The translations under genes were made by a program, and so were the position numbers. The notes under the pieces are model-generated. The model saw nothing but the letters and a program-made list of their open reading frames with translations, did not search any database and was not told the origin of the DNA. DNA of 64,000 nt from Ginglymostoma cirratum. Lineage: Eukaryota. This document shows positions 1-14,200 of the stretch, one piece after another (within the stretch, counting starts at the first letter, position 1; the number at the start of each line of letters is the position of its first letter). The stretch spans positions 13,026,570 to 13,090,569 of the forward strand of contig JAHRHZ010000070.1 in assembly GCA_024137785.1 (NCBI GenBank), read 5' to 3'.

Positions 1-47
1 AATGGTGTCCTCTTGTCGTCAAAGCGTGCTCAACATGGCCTCATTAT

Positions 48-660
48 CTCAAAAAACTGCAGATGCTGGAAGTCTGGGTGATTGCTTTGCCGAACACCTA
101 CGTTCCGTGTGCAAAAATGACCCTGAACTTCCGGCTGCCTGTCACTTTAACACACCAGCCAACATATTCTCTGGCCAATATCTCTGTCTTAGGCTTAGTG
201 CAGTGCTCCAGTGAAGCTCAACACAAGCTGGAAGAATAGCACCTCATTTTCCGCTTGGGACCCTGCAGCCTTCTGGAGTCAATAATAAATTCAATAACTT
301 TAGAGCTTGAGCACCTTCTCCCATGTCCCTATCCAGTCCTTGACATCATATAGGCTGCTACCACAAACAACCCATTATCAGCCACAATTGGGCCCCATTA
401 ACAGCTATTCATTCTCCCAGCCTGACATTTACCACTTCCTTTGTCTGCCCAACTATTTCTCTCTCTCTCCTTGGGCTCCTTCACTATCTATTGTTTACTC
501 CTTCTCCCTCACCCCACCCCATCTTTAGCATATATACAAAGCTTTATCCAGTCACAATTGGTCCTGAAGAAGGGTCACACTGGGCCTGAAACATTAATTC
601 TGCTTTCTCTCTACAGATGGAGACAGACCTACTGTGTTTTTTCCAGCAAATTTTTTTTGT
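48..660 (+). mobile_element. Penelope-like retroelement 3' fragment (GIY-YIG endonuclease C-terminus plus pseudo-LTR)
   Basis: LGDCFAEHLRSVCKNDPELPAACHFNTP and KLEE*HLIFRLGTLQP motifs; the tail has ctgaagaagggtc...cctgaaacatt (hammerhead-like), with a short inverted terminal piece at about 48-75. Confidence 0.8.
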
Positions 661-689
661 TGTTTCTCATTATAACAAACAGAAGGATT

Positions 690-1725
690 AACACAAAACC
701 CAATGGAGGCACTTAGATCAAAGCACTGGCACGTCCTGGATTCTGTCTTTGTTGGAATCCAACATCTAAATGATTTCTGGGTCACTCGATTCATTTAAAG
801 GCCTGAAGTCTACTCAACAGGTCTTCAATAGTGAACATTTACCTAAAACAAAGGCTCAAGCGAAGATCAGAATTTCAAAAGCAACTCAATCAATCTGGAA
901 AATATTTGTATGTCCAAATCAAGTTCAGGTCAATGGGATCAAATGAAGTCAGCTGTACTAGACCCCTGTTGCAGACTATTGGACTTCAAACATTGTCAGC
1001 AGGCCTGGATTGATGAAAATGATGCAGAAATATGCGACCACCTCACGTAAAAACAAATTGCTTTTGCTTCAATGCCTGGCAGACCAACTAAAGATTACAA
1101 GTTAAGAACACAACATTCCAAGAGCTCAAGACAGAAGGCCAAAGACAAAACCAAAACATAAACGACCAGTGGTGGGAAGTCAGTCTGATATATCTAAATG
1201 TATCCTGACCATCATGATTACCAAAGGTTTTTTCTTTCTGAAGCCACCAACACCATATAGAAGAACCAAAATCAAGTGGACAAGCACTTCTCTTCTTGAG
1301 AATGATTATCCTATTCAACAACTCTGAGAAGAACAGCTCCTCAAATGTGAATACCACAGTGGCAGCTGATATTCTTCAGGCTATGATACAAATAATGGGT
1401 GAACCACTGTCAATGGGACAGCTGCAAAGGCAATCAGACGAAAATACTGTCGTCTCGATAGCATTCCAGCTGAGGTCTTCAAAGCCGGTATCCTTTCTGC
1501 TCACATCAAGATACCATGCATGCATTCTATGGGTTTGGGATGTTCCTACACCCCAGCGATTGCTTACATCTACAAAAAAAAGAGATAAATCAGAACAGGG
1601 AAAGGACTGAGATCTTTCCCTGTTGTCCTTGATAAGAAAAATTGTGGCAAATGTTGTCCTGATCACCTATTGCATGTGGCTGAGAAATTCCTGCCGGGGC
1701 ACAATGTGACTTTGGGCCTTCCAGA
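690..1725 (+). mobile_element. Highly decayed RTE/BovB-type LINE ORF fragment
   Basis: Frameshifted remnants read like ..WIDENDAEI.., ..DQWWE.., ..AEVFKAG.., ..IYKK.RDKSE.....SLLS...K..A..L.....AE..LP..QC.F, typical of RTE reverse-transcriptase ORFs. Confidence 0.6.
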
Positions 1726-2934
1726 GAAACCTCTGACGTAGTCTTCGTTACCAGGAAAACTCCAGGAAAATGTCAACAAAAAATCCCGCCATTGTTCAGA
1801 GAGGCGCCAATGGCCACTGTATTTTCATCTTGAATGTCCTGGGCTTCTAAGTGGGCTTCTAAGCATCTAAGCAATGCTTCTACGTTTGCATTGCAGCTAG
1901 TAAAATGAGGCCCACAAGATTCATTCCCAAATCACCCGACTGAGAAAAGGGATATGTTGTGATGTTCAGTCACAGAAAATCACACGCTCAATTTTCCAAT
2001 TGTAACCGCTGTCTGAGAGACCAAGCACCCTTGGTGTGGCCTCAGAATCACTAAATTTAACACAGTCTTTTCAGTTGCTCTGAACGCTAAAATTTGCTAC
2101 ACTGCTTATAAAATTAAAACAAAATCCAATCATTCCACAGCAAAAGAACAGCAAGAGGAAATGGGGCTCAATTACAGCCCTGGGCACTCCCATCGCGGGG
2201 GCAGGTTTGGAGACTCAGAGAGTACTGCCAAGAGCCACAGGTTAAGGTAAGGCACACCCCAAATGGCGCCAGGCTATACTATGATTACTACTGATTTGAG
2301 AATTATAATAAATATCACTTGCTGAATAAAAATAAACAGGGCTAAACACTATCAAATCTTCTGAAGGAATCAGCAACATTTCTAGCCAAAAGATAATCAA
2401 CAGATGCTGGATATTAATGCATTCTTTCTCCATAATAATTTTTTTTTGCTTAAAGTAATTCTGCCAGGCAGAGGGCAAGGTTTTAGCAGTTAACACATTT
2501 AAATAACCTTTCGCTGCACATTTCCAAACAAAGTCATCTCAAAGTACAAAGCATTAACTTTCAGTTCAAAACAACTCACTTGTATTTTTCCCAGCTCCAG
2601 TCCACTCTTGACAACATTTAGATTGGCACAGCTAAACCAAATCCCAGATCTGCACCGCAGATATCCACAAACAGAGGGGCATGCAATGGAAATGGAATCT
2701 TTACTAATCCTTGCACTCAGCTACATCACAGGGAGAGACGGGTCAATTATTGATTATTGCTATATCACCCAAGCACTCTGCATTGGGCAGGATAGACAGA
2801 ACAACAGCATCTCCTTGTTGCATTTGGTACAAACATCTTCCTGTAGCAAACAATGACACTATATTGTCAGAAGGTCAGTCTCATCCTGCGCTCCAGCCCA
2901 ATCTGGAAGAATAGAGGAGGAAAAGAAATAAAAC

Positions 2935-3290
2935 CATTTGCATTTACATAGCATCTTTCACAGCGTCAGGACAACCGAAGGGTTTTACATCCAAATAATT
3001 ACTTTTGAAATGTTTGGGATGTAGGAAAATATAGCAGTCAAGTTGTGCAAGACAAATAGCAATGAGATAAATGACCAGATATTCTGTTTTATGGATATTG
3101 ATTGGGGTGGAAATATTGGCCAGGGAGAGAGACAGGGAAAACCTTCTTGCTCCTTTCAAATAGTGTCATAGCATCTTTTATGTCCAGAAGAAAGGACAGA
3201 GTCTTGATTTAACGCCTCATCTGAAAGTCAGCACCCTGGTAGTGCAGCACTCCTTCAGTATTGCCTTTCTTTTCTCTCAGCAAGCGCAAT
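2935..3290 (-). mobile_element. Deu-domain SINE (SacSINE1/AmnSINE-like), decayed
   Basis: Characteristic blocks catttacatagcatctttcac ... tttaacgcctcatctgaaagtcagcacc ... gtgcagcactccttcagtattgc. Confidence 0.55.
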
Positions 3291-3910
3291 ATCAAATTCA
3301 ATATCTCTGGTGCAAGGAAAAGGGATTTATGCAAGATTAGTCTGTCTCTACCATCCTCTCTTTCACTATCCAAAAGGGAAACAGAATATGATTTAAGATG
3401 TGTGAGTGGAGGCAGTTCATTGTGTTTGGAAAAGAACACTACTATAAAGATATTTAAATATTTACAGTTTCTATCAACTTTTCTATTCTAAATTCCTGTG
3501 TCTACACATACAATAGAAACCACCAATGTAAACATGTCACACTGTAATTGCATCACCTCCCCTGTACCCCCCAAAGGAGGTCTGCATCACCACCAGTACA
3601 GGAGGGACTAATAACGATTTGACATGTTTACCTAAGGTTCTCCCATCATAAATGTTGATAAGGAATGTACAATGTAAATACTAATTTGGCAGAAGGCACT
3701 ACTTGAAAGTGGACTCAATTGCAAAGCTATGCTCTAGTTCAACTTCTCACACAATAACACCACTCCATTTGACAAGTGTACTTAAACCTTCAAGGTCTTA
3801 TTCCTTAATGAGCAGCATCGCGAGAGATTTTCTGAGATTATACATTAACTCCAGCCACCAGTGCGAACTGCCCAGGTTATTTACCTGCTTTAGAGTTGCC
3901 AGTTGTATAC

Positions 3911-5980
3911 TGATTTGATTTGATTTATTATAGTCACATGTACCTAGCGACAGTGAACAGTTTGTTGTGCATGCAGTACAGGCGGATAATAACCATACTA
4001 ACTGCATAAGGGTAATAGAACAGACCAAGGAATACAATATTATGACTGCACATAAGGTGCACAAACGGCAAGGTCAACATTAAATTTGAAATTTGAGAAG
4101 TCCATTCCGGAGTCGAATAGCAGCATGGAAGAAGCTGTTCTTGAATCTGCTGGCCTGTATGATTAAGCTTTTCTATCTTCCGCCTGACGGAAGAGGCTGG
4201 AAGAGACTATAACTGGGGTGGGAGGGGTTTTTGATTATGCTGGCTGCCCTACCGAGGCAGCAAAAAGTATAGATGGAGTCAATGAGTGGGAGGTTGGCTT
4301 GGGTGGTGGACTGGGCTGTGCTCAAAACTCTTTGTATTTTCTTAGGGTCCTCGATAGAGCAGTTGCCATACCAAGCCATGATACATCGGACAGAATGCTT
4401 TCTATGGTGTATCTCTAAAAGTTGCTAAGAGTCCTTAGGGATATGATTTTCCTTAGCCTCCTGAGGAAGTAGAGACGTTCTTGTGCTTTATTGACCTTCG
4501 CATTGACACGAGTGGACCAGGACAGATTGAGGTGATCATCACTCCTAGGAACTTGACACATTTGACCATCTCCACCTCAGCATCATTGATGTAGACAGGG
4601 GCGTGCCCTCCACATTGCTTCCTTAAGTCAATGATCTACTCTTTTGTTCTGTTGACTTTGAGGGAGAGATTGTTATCTTTACACCACACCACGAAGCACC
4701 CTCTTTCCTGTATTCTGCCTTGTCATTGTTGAGATCCAGCCTACAACGTTGGTGTCGTCAGTGAACTTGTAGATGGACTCAGGACAAAATTTGGTCACAC
4801 AGTCATGAGTGTACAGGGAGCATAATAAGGGGCTGATTTTGCAGCTTTGAAGGAAACTAGCGTTGAGGAGGTCCTGCTGCCTATTCTCACTGATTGCAGT
4901 CTGTAGGTCAGGAAGTCGAGGATCCAGTTGCAGAGGGTGAAGCAGAGACATAAGTCTCAGATTTTAGTTTGGTTGGAATTATGGTGTTGAAAGCGGAGCT
5001 GTAGTCAATGAGTAGCAGCCTGACGTATGTATCCTTGCTATCCAGTTGTTCCAGGGACGAATGTCTGCTGTAGATGTGTTGTGATGGTAGGCAGTTGCAA
5101 GGGATCAACGCAGGCAGGGAGGCTAGAGTTAATGTGAGCCACGACTAACCTCTCGAAGCACTTCATAATTATGGAAGTCAAAGCTACTGGGCAGTAGTCA
5201 TTGAGGCACGCTGCATGAGTTTTCTTTGGTATTGGGATGGCAGCGGTCTTCTTGAAGCAGATGGGGAATTCAGTTTGTAGTAAGGAGAGGTTAAAGTTGT
5301 CAGCGAATATTCCCGCCAGCTGGTGCGTGCAGGATCTGTGTGTATGGCCAGGGCCTCCGTCTGGGCCAGTCGCTTTCCATGGGTTTACTTTTAAAAAGGC
5401 TGATCTGATATCTGCAGTGGTGGCTAGGGAAAAGGTGCATCGGAGACTATTGGGGTAGGTGACACCATTTCACTGACCTGCTGTTCAAAGCGAGTATAAA
5501 ATGCTTTGAATGCATTGGGGAGGAATGTATTTTACTCTGCTATTCTGCTCTGCTTCACGTTGTGACCTGTGCAAGCCTTGCCACAAACAGCAGGTGTCCG
5601 TGTGGTTAGTTTGGGTCTTTAGCTAAATCTGGTATTGCCTCTTGGCACCTCGAAAGGCTTCACGGTGGTCACATCTGGATTCCCTGTAAAGGTCCGGGTC
5701 ATCTGATGTGAACGCTACACACCTGGATTTCGACAGGCAATGGATCTCCCAGATCACCCATGTCTTCTGGTCAGGGAACATTCGGATTGACTTCCTTGGC
5801 ATGCAGTCTTCTATACACTTGCTAACGAACTCTGTGACGGTACTGGCATACTCATCTAGTTTGGCCGCTAAGTTCTTGAATATGGACCAGTCCACCAATT
5901 CTAAGCAGTCCCATCAAAGCCTATCTCTGCCTGAGACCAGCACTGTATTACTACTGAGCTGCTGGTAAGGATGTTCACTC
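3911..5980 (-). mobile_element. Rex1/Babar-clade LINE, 5'-truncated and decayed
   Basis: Minus-strand remnants [40 protein letters not shown]...IYKFTDDT, AWYGNCS...RAASIIKNPSHP and VDWSIFK...FPDQKTW; (tgatt)n microsatellite tail at 3911-3926. Confidence 0.88.
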
Positions 5981-8523
5981 AAGTCCAATACAATGCTTTT
6001 AATATATGGGCATGTTGTAGCTTGGTGATGTCATTGGGATTGCCTAATGGACTTTGTATTGGTGGGGAAAAGAATCTATAGCCAGTGCCAGGCTCAAACA
6101 GGCGCAAGAATGTTCCTCCATGGCCTGGCATGACAACTTTAAGCCTCTCCTGCTGAAGACTCATCCTACATATCCTGTCCCTCATTATTCTCACCATAAT
6201 CCCCCTGCCCTTACTACTACAAACCAATCCTGGCACCAACTTGGGTTAACTGACATGCCACCAATTTCCACCAAAATCAGGTGGAAAATCCGTGTTGGAT
6301 TCCAACCAGGCCAAGAAGTTAAAAATAGCCCAGGCTTCATTTCTGGAGTTGCAAACATGCTTCTAACTGAAAGAAATGATTCACAGTTGAAACTGAACTT
6401 CTGAACCTCTCAGCCACTGTTGTTCGTACCAAAGCACCTGTACTCAGTTCATTCCATTTCTGGAAGTAGTTGACCTGCTCTCTTTCCTGTCAGTCTGCCT
6501 ATTTTGCACAAAGTTGCAGCACACGCTACTACAAATATTTCTCTCATTGCAGGGCCTGGTCAGAGGTTGTGTTTGCACTGTTTCTCGTTGAACTGCTTTG
6601 CACAAGATCATCTGATGTTCACGGCAATCTCATTTAACCGCATGCTTAGAATCTTAAAACAAAAGAAAATGGACTTTGCTGTCTGTGTTAAACCCGAGGC
6701 GATGAAACTTGCCACAGAAATAAATCTGAATCTTATGAGGTTTTGTAAAGGTCACTTTTATGAGATCTCGTATCTCTAGTTAACATTCTACATTTCCCAT
6801 GTTGCTGGTTTAACACTCTGGTCCAGATGAGTGCTCCTGACTTAGGTAACTTGTCCTCAGCTTGTTGATGCGATTATTCATTCTGGTCAGGAAACGGAGA
6901 CCGAGGCAATCAAAAAGACACATGGGATGTTTACAACTTTAACAAGCTGCTGACTTCATTAGCAGTCACATGTCAGCCAGCATAACCCTGTAACCAGCAA
7001 CAAGGCTTACACTTAGCTGCTAACCACTTGCCGCCAGATTGATGTGCCACAGCCTGGATGGGAATTCAACTTCCACCCCGCCCCCCCACCCCTCCCAAGG
7101 TCACATGCAGAGTACATACACTGTAAATTCATGGTCGACATTATATCAGTGAGCGTAATTAGCCTTGTAAATCCCAGAAAGCTGCCTTTGACAGCTATGC
7201 TGAATGCTTGCAATGTTTTACACTAGTGATCTAAGCTTAACATAAAATCGTACCTTGGGCAAACCACAAGCATTCTGTAGAGCTCCTGAATTATGTGAGT
7301 TTTTCATTTGTTTCATTTTGATACGCCAACAGGGTGGAAATTTGACTGATGACCATGAATTTTAAGCAAGCAACAGGTGAAAGCAGCTCACAGGGATCTC
7401 TACTGCCTTTTGGTCTTTCCACCACCAGCCTTCTCCCTGACCCTCAGTGACTGACCTCCTCAACTCCTCCCCCTGCCCCGCCCCCTCCACTGACCACCCT
7501 GCCCACTGTCACCAGCAATTAGGCCAATACATGGACTAATTCTCTGCTGGTTACCATTTTATGGACTGACATATATTGCTTTATAGCTTTCCTTTGGCTC
7601 GGTTTTAGAACACAACGTGATCAGTTACATTTGGATGTACTCCTGGAATTTCCAGCTCCTGCTGACCTGTTCAGGCAGCCTTTATGCCATCTCTCAATAT
7701 TTTTATTACCAACAAACAGAGTGTTGCATGGAAATGGGAAAAAGGCAAAACTTTCTTTTTAAGGTATTTCTACAATTTTTATCTCATACACTTGCTTACA
7801 GCAGTGTCTGGTAGATTAATTTTTTAATCTGTGGAGACTCCAGGGTGAACTGGACAGTTGATAACATTAGAAAAATAGCCTATGTGTGGCATCTTTCCCA
7901 CTTACATTTAGTGCCAGAACCTGTTAACGTAGGCCCTGGGCTCCTGGAACCAGATATTGTTGCACTACAAGCACATGGGACTGCTTTTGGTTCGCAGATG
8001 TGATGGGATTAATTGTCCGCACCTGAGGTGGGCTGGTGCTGTGATAGGAATAGGTCATTAAATTGGCCAAAATGGTGCCAAGTTTCACATGTCTGGGAGG
8101 CAGGGCTTGGTGCAAATTGAAGACATTAAGTAGGCTATTAATAACCATGTAAGAGCCTTATCGTAGCATCATCCGTACTCACTTAGCAGTGGGCAAAGAA
8201 CTCACCACGTGGGAAGTTAGAAACTCAGCCCCTGTTAGGATCACTTGCGGTGCCCCTACAAGGGGACCTGTCCTTCGTTCAAAGAGAAAGTGCTGTGTTT
8301 AGCCACCTAGCATTGGGAATTGTGGTACCTGCTGAGCATCACATTGCAGTCCTTTCTTCTGAACCATGTCACTATCCCTTCTGCATGAACCCCATCTTAC
8401 CATCAATCTCTTGTGTGCTGGGGCCCTTTGTGGATACTGGGTCTCAGATCATTGCATTGCTGGCAGTGCCTGCTAAAGGCACCATCGAACAATGAAACTA
8501 CCAGCTCCTGATTGTTTGAAATG

Positions 8524-8545
8524 GAGAGAGAGAGAGAGAGAGAGA
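8524..8545. repeat. (GA)n microsatellite
   Basis: Direct reading. Confidence 0.9.
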
Positions 8546-9129
8546 AAAATAGATAGACATTTATTGTGGGACAAGGATTTTGATCCCAAGTAAGATCCAC
8601 TGCTGCTAAAGGTGGGTCTTCCTGAAAAGAAGGTGATCTGGGACTCTTGTTGGTGGGCAAGACATCCATTGCCTACAGTAAAGTCCACACTGGTCTGGAA
8701 CAGGAGGTATCTAAATCCTATAGTAGGTTCTTAATCTCCCAATTTTAGCAATACTTATCCAATGTTGGCAAATCTACCTCGTTACCAAAGTTACCACACT
8801 ACCTTCACTCAATGTGAAATGCCTTGCAGACTTCTGAAAATGCAGAATTCAAGATTCTGTTGGAAGAAGTGCCATATGATTTCCTCTGCACCCTTTGAAG
8901 GAACAATTAAAGACTTAGTCCTTTCAATTGGTCATAAAGATACTATTTGGCCTGACCATACTTGAGCCACCTTTACCTTTTGAGTAAACTAGTCATTCTA
9001 CCTATTCAAATGGCTCCCACAACTTTTGCCTATCAGAGGTACACATTCATCAGTTTTAGCAAATATCCATCATCTTCAACTATGATTAAAACTCAGTTTT
9101 CTTATTGGTCTCTGCTCTTTTTCTATGTG

Positions 9130-9380
9130 ACACTGTAGCTCACAGTCACCTGAGTCGGATAGTCCTGGGTTCAGGCCCCCACCTTAGGTGACTGAAAGGC
9201 AGAACCTAGGCTGACATTTCATTATACTATCTAGAAAGTGCCGGATTATTGCAGGCACTTAGTTTTGTGTTCCAAACTAAGGTCTTATAACTTGTTTCAA
9301 ACAAATGTAAAAGATCTCAACACAGAATTGGATCCAGCTCAACCAATACCATGAAAAAAATTGATTAACTGGTCATTTCA
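9130..9380 (+). mobile_element. Decayed tRNA-head / Deu SINE
   Basis: B-box-like gggttcaggcccca followed by ctaggctgaca...gtaaaagatctc...ttgattaactggtcatt blocks. Confidence 0.4.
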
Positions 9381-11099
9381 TGCTTATAATGATAGAAAAC
9401 TTTGAACAGTGTAGGAGCAATAGGATTTTGCCATCCATGTGTACAACTTATGAAAAGCAAATGGGCAAATGGTAATGAAACAAATGAATGAAAATGAATT
9501 TGAATTTATAAGCAAAAGATATATCATTTCCATCGTACAGAACCATGCTTAGACACTATTAGGAGATCTGAGTTTCTTTTTGGGAACTGAACATCCGTCC
9601 TTTAACGGAGCTCAATGATAGCCAGGCTTTAGTAATGTGGACAGGATGTGATTGATCTATCCAGATGTTGAAGAGGATTATGGAATTTGATAGGGTAGGT
9701 ACTTAGAATATTTCCTTTGCAGGGAGAACTGAGTACACACCCAATAAAGGCTGCAGATGAAAAGTTTAACTGCTAGACCTAGTTATTGATTCTTGCAGTG
9801 AAAAACTTGATGGATCAAGAAGCCACCCACTAGATTCAGAAACTGGTTCTCAGTGATGAGGTGAAATCATGAAGAGGGTGGGAACAGTATAGAGGCTTGG
9901 ATTTTCCTTGAGTTCCCAGTGAAACAGTACTGCTCTTCCAACTCTTGCGTAAGAAAAGGATTTTTTGACAATTTATCTTAGCAGACTCCATCAGCTTCCG
10001 ACAGGAAAGAGTGGGCAACCCACTCAACAGCTAGTTAAAAGTCCAATGGCACAGATCTGTGCATACATAGGATCCTGATTTGTAGTCATCAACTGGACTC
10101 CCGCTGGCAGAAGCTACATCAGCTGCCAAAACAAACAGCATTCATTTAGCAGATTGTGGAAACGGATAATATCCCTCTGTATTACTGAACCCACTCCGTT
10201 CCTGCTGATCAGTGAAGGGTTAAAACAAGGCTTGACACGCCTGATTACTGGAGACACAAGACACCAGTCTGACACAAAGCTGGTGAAAAATTCCAGTTAA
10301 AAATAAATCTAACTCAAGGATATAATAAATATTGATAGCAGCTTAAGAGGTTAATTAGTCAATTACAGCCTTCAGGACACAGATGCAACCTCAAACCTTC
10401 AATACGACTTTCACCTTTGCTTGCTATAATGAACTCTCATTGACCCTTCGCCAATAGTTCACAATTGCATCCTGCAACTGCAGTTCATATTTCCATACCA
10501 CACATTTCAGCTCAATAACTGTATCCATTTACCGTAAACCCAGTTTTTAGTTGGATTTCAAATAGTTCAATTCCATAACAACCTTCTGCAAAAAGGAGTT
10601 TCTCCTATCTCCATTCCTCAGTTAGAATAACAAATTATGATAAAGCATTGCAAGGTTCCCAGAAGCACTGTAAAGTGAAGTTTGACACTAGGCTATATCA
10701 GGTGATGTTAGAGCCAAAAGCTTGATCATGGAGAATCTCAATAGTGAAAAGCCATAGGGAGGTTGACAGGTTTAGTAAAGGAATTCCAGAGCTTAGGGCC
10801 TAGGAAGCTGAAGGCCACCAATCATGGAGCAATCAAAATGGGGATGTTCAAGAGGCCAGAATGAGAAGAATGCAGAAATTATTGAGAGTTGTGGAGCTAA
10901 TATTTCTTCTTCTCTTTATATTATTAAAGTCTTATATAAAAATACTTCAATTAAATTACCTATTGGAGTATTCTGCTCCAATATGACAAGGTTTCATCAT
11001 GACTGTAGCTTTCCACTACTAGCATCAATCTAGTTTCTGTGTGTTAATGTCCTTTCAGTAACCAGTTACTGCAGAAACAGTGCCCTAACTGGAGCCTAT

Positions 11100-11235
11100 T
11101 ACAAAAGCAAAACTGTGTAGATGCTGAAAATCAGAAGTAAAATTAGAAAATATTGGAGACATTCAGCAGGTCTAGCAGCATGTGAGGAGAATGAAACAAG
11201 AGTTAATGTTTCAAGTCTGTACACTTCTATCAAAA
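11100..11235 (-). mobile_element. Penelope-derived short non-autonomous element, decayed
   Basis: agatgctgaaaatcagaa...cagcaggtctagcagcat...gagttaatgtttca is the reverse complement of the pseudo-LTR family seen at 560-655 and 45450-45545. Confidence 0.6.
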
Positions 11236-14200
11236 CCCCGTTGCGGCCTTGCATAATGTATTTACATTTTGGTCTTTTACTCTCCTGCTTCTGCTTATAG
11301 AACCCAAAATGCTACTAGCCTTTTGCTTTGTGGCTTCAGCACTAGTGCTCACATTCGCAGAAATTTTGTATTGAAACTCCTAGCTGTCTTTGATCTACCC
11401 ATCAGATAACATGGTAGGGTTGAACGTTCTAGAAAATTAACAGAGTAGCCAGCACTTAAAGGTTAACCTCTTGGGCACTGATATGAACACTGATGAGCTG
11501 CTGTATTCTGGTTGAAAAATCCAAGCTAGTGTCTTTGTTTCAATTTTTAAAAAACATTTTTGTTCATTACTTCTAGAATGAGTAAACGTAGGAAGAAAAA
11601 GGCTGTTTACATTGCTATTAGGAATCAATCTGGCGATGACTTTAAATTGGCATGGGAAGATGGTGTATCATGTGCATGGGCATGCTGGCTGACAAAAAAT
11701 AGCAGTGTAGGGGGCATAGCACACGGAGGCAAGATGACTTTATAACAGCTTCAGGAATATGTCCAAACAGGATTCGCCATTTATGCCAAGGGAATATCTG
11801 TCACAATGCACACTTTTTATCCACACTGTCTGGATTTAAGAACCTACTGAGGTAGTTCTGATTCACAGTGTTAGGAATAGTGTGATGTGAAAACTGGCTT
11901 CAGCATTCAGGGGATAGGAAGCTGGAAATCTCGTTGGAATTTCACCTCCTCATCATTAAGTGGACACCATGTGAGAACTGAGTTCAACTATAATTCCCCA
12001 GGCAGATGGCTTGATGAATCCAAGCTTTGAGTTTTCAAAGACCATGATGTTCACCCATTGCACCATACCCACTGACCTACACTGGGTTTCTGTAACTAGA
12101 AATTCAGGTACGTACATGAACAAAATAAATGAATAGCGCTTCGCAATGGAGTTGAATAATGCAGCTCACACCATGACAATAAATAATAAGCTTTATGCTA
12201 CTTAATACAGTCTATCTGACAAAATTCCATATTTTAATTTCACAATATAACCTTTAAAGATATAAGATGATGAACAGTGAAATCCCATTCCAAATGGAAT
12301 GCAATGTTTAAAGAAAGATTGGTAGTGTTCTATTTTCAAGTTCAAATGGGTGTACGTTACTATTTTTATTCACAGCATGTGTAATTGTAGTGTTGAATTG
12401 CAGAAAGCAAAATAAAAGTGAAGTGCCTCATAAATCAGAACCTGCCACTTTTAACTTGATATAAAGGCTAATTAAAACCTAATTCACTTCGTTGCTTGGG
12501 CAAGTTTAATGAAAAGTAGTCATTCCAGCACCGAAATGTATTAGCTTTGGCTCCAGCTCAGTTCATGACAAGATCATGGTGCAAGCAGAACATCAGAGGG
12601 CAACACTTATTATCTGCCAAATGTGGGCAGTTCCCATATGCTTAGCAAAGATAAGGGGACAGTTTATTCCTAAACTGGCAGTACAGTTTCATCTGGTGTT
12701 CTGGCAAGGTACTTTCTAAATATGATTTAATTTTACAGACAAAATGTGAAAAGGAGAAATTAAGCCATGTAAGCATTCGTTAACTTTCAATTCTTGGTGG
12801 TTCCTTCATGACTTCTTTCTTTCTTCTCTAATTCCTACTGGGGCATAATTCCAGACTGCTGGTGGGGATCTTGCTCAAGTGACTAAAATGAGCCCACACA
12901 CTGTGTTGTACAGACATTCACTTTTGGACAACTAGTCTGTAGACACATCAGATTCACAAGACAAAGGGGGATCTTGAAGAAGTACCAACTTTCATCTTTT
13001 GCTAGGAAGTGCAGCTAGTTTTTTCCTCCTCAGGAATTTAAACTCTGTAGGTAGGGGACTAGTATTCCATTGGTGCTGATTTCTCAAGCATAGGCAGTGA
13101 TGTGGTCACAAAGCATATCCAAACAGAGAACCTTGAAATGACTCACAATTGGGCCTCTGACTGAATGACCCAGTCTAAATAATTTCCTGGAAGGGTCCTA
13201 AAACAGGTGTTAAGCCCTTTGTCTACACACTTAACAGACCGAGTGTCTGTTTTGGGTGGGGGCTGTGATGTCTGAAAAATTGCCCACTCAGTTGGACTCC
13301 AGATGCAACAATGCATTGAATAAATTCTAATTCTTATGTAATAAGCATTTGGAATAACTTATCAGGTAAGGTAATAAAGACAATATTTTCAGACACTGGT
13401 CTGAGAGAGCTGGGGTAAGAGGTTTGAAGGGTTCAGAGGAGTCTCCTCATTTTTTTTCATATTCTAATTGTAAAGACTGTACCACTGCCTAGTTGGCATC
13501 AAATCTGGAACCTCTTGGGTTTGCAAGGCTCAGTATGCAGAGAATCTAGAAAATCACCGGGAAACACACTGGTTATAAAATTATAACATCCAACTGGAGA
13601 AATGAACCTTATATTCCCAAAGACAACTGTGTAGCAACAATAACAAGTTCTGAAGGGGCTTTTAATCAGCAAGAGAAGGCTAGAAGGGGTACACACTTTC
13701 TCCGGCATGAGTGGGGGAGAGACACAGTCAAACTAACATCCACAATCAAGTTATCTACAGCACTGGCAGATTTTTAATTGGACCTCTGCATAAAATAACA
13801 ATTAAACATTCTTGTAAATGAAGACAAAAGGCACATTTTAACAGAACTCGCTGCAGGTTCAAAGATTTCTTTTAACAACTCATGCGACTGAACTGTTAAA
13901 AAAATGGTTATCTAGGTTTGGTACAGTGAGTAATAAATGTAAATGACAGGAATTTGGAGGTAATGTCTTTCTGAACAATTCCCTTAAGGCCATACTGTGA
14001 AAAAAATCCTAAATGCAGATACCGGGCTAATGTACTTCAACCTGCAATTAGTACATTACTGGAACCATTACCCACTTAAACAATAGCATCAGATGCAGTC
14101 CTTGTAGTCTCATTAGAATTTTAAGGGTTATGTGGTTTACTAGCATTGTGTTACTGCTTTGAATTTGCAATTAGTAAACATAAACCAGCAGGGTGGCTAG

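Noticed and set aside
7070-7510. C-rich tracts (G-runs in the pre-mRNA), also at about 23275-23500 and 54610-54630
   Set aside because: G-quadruplex potential is generic low-complexity sequence, mostly far from exons, with no specific support.
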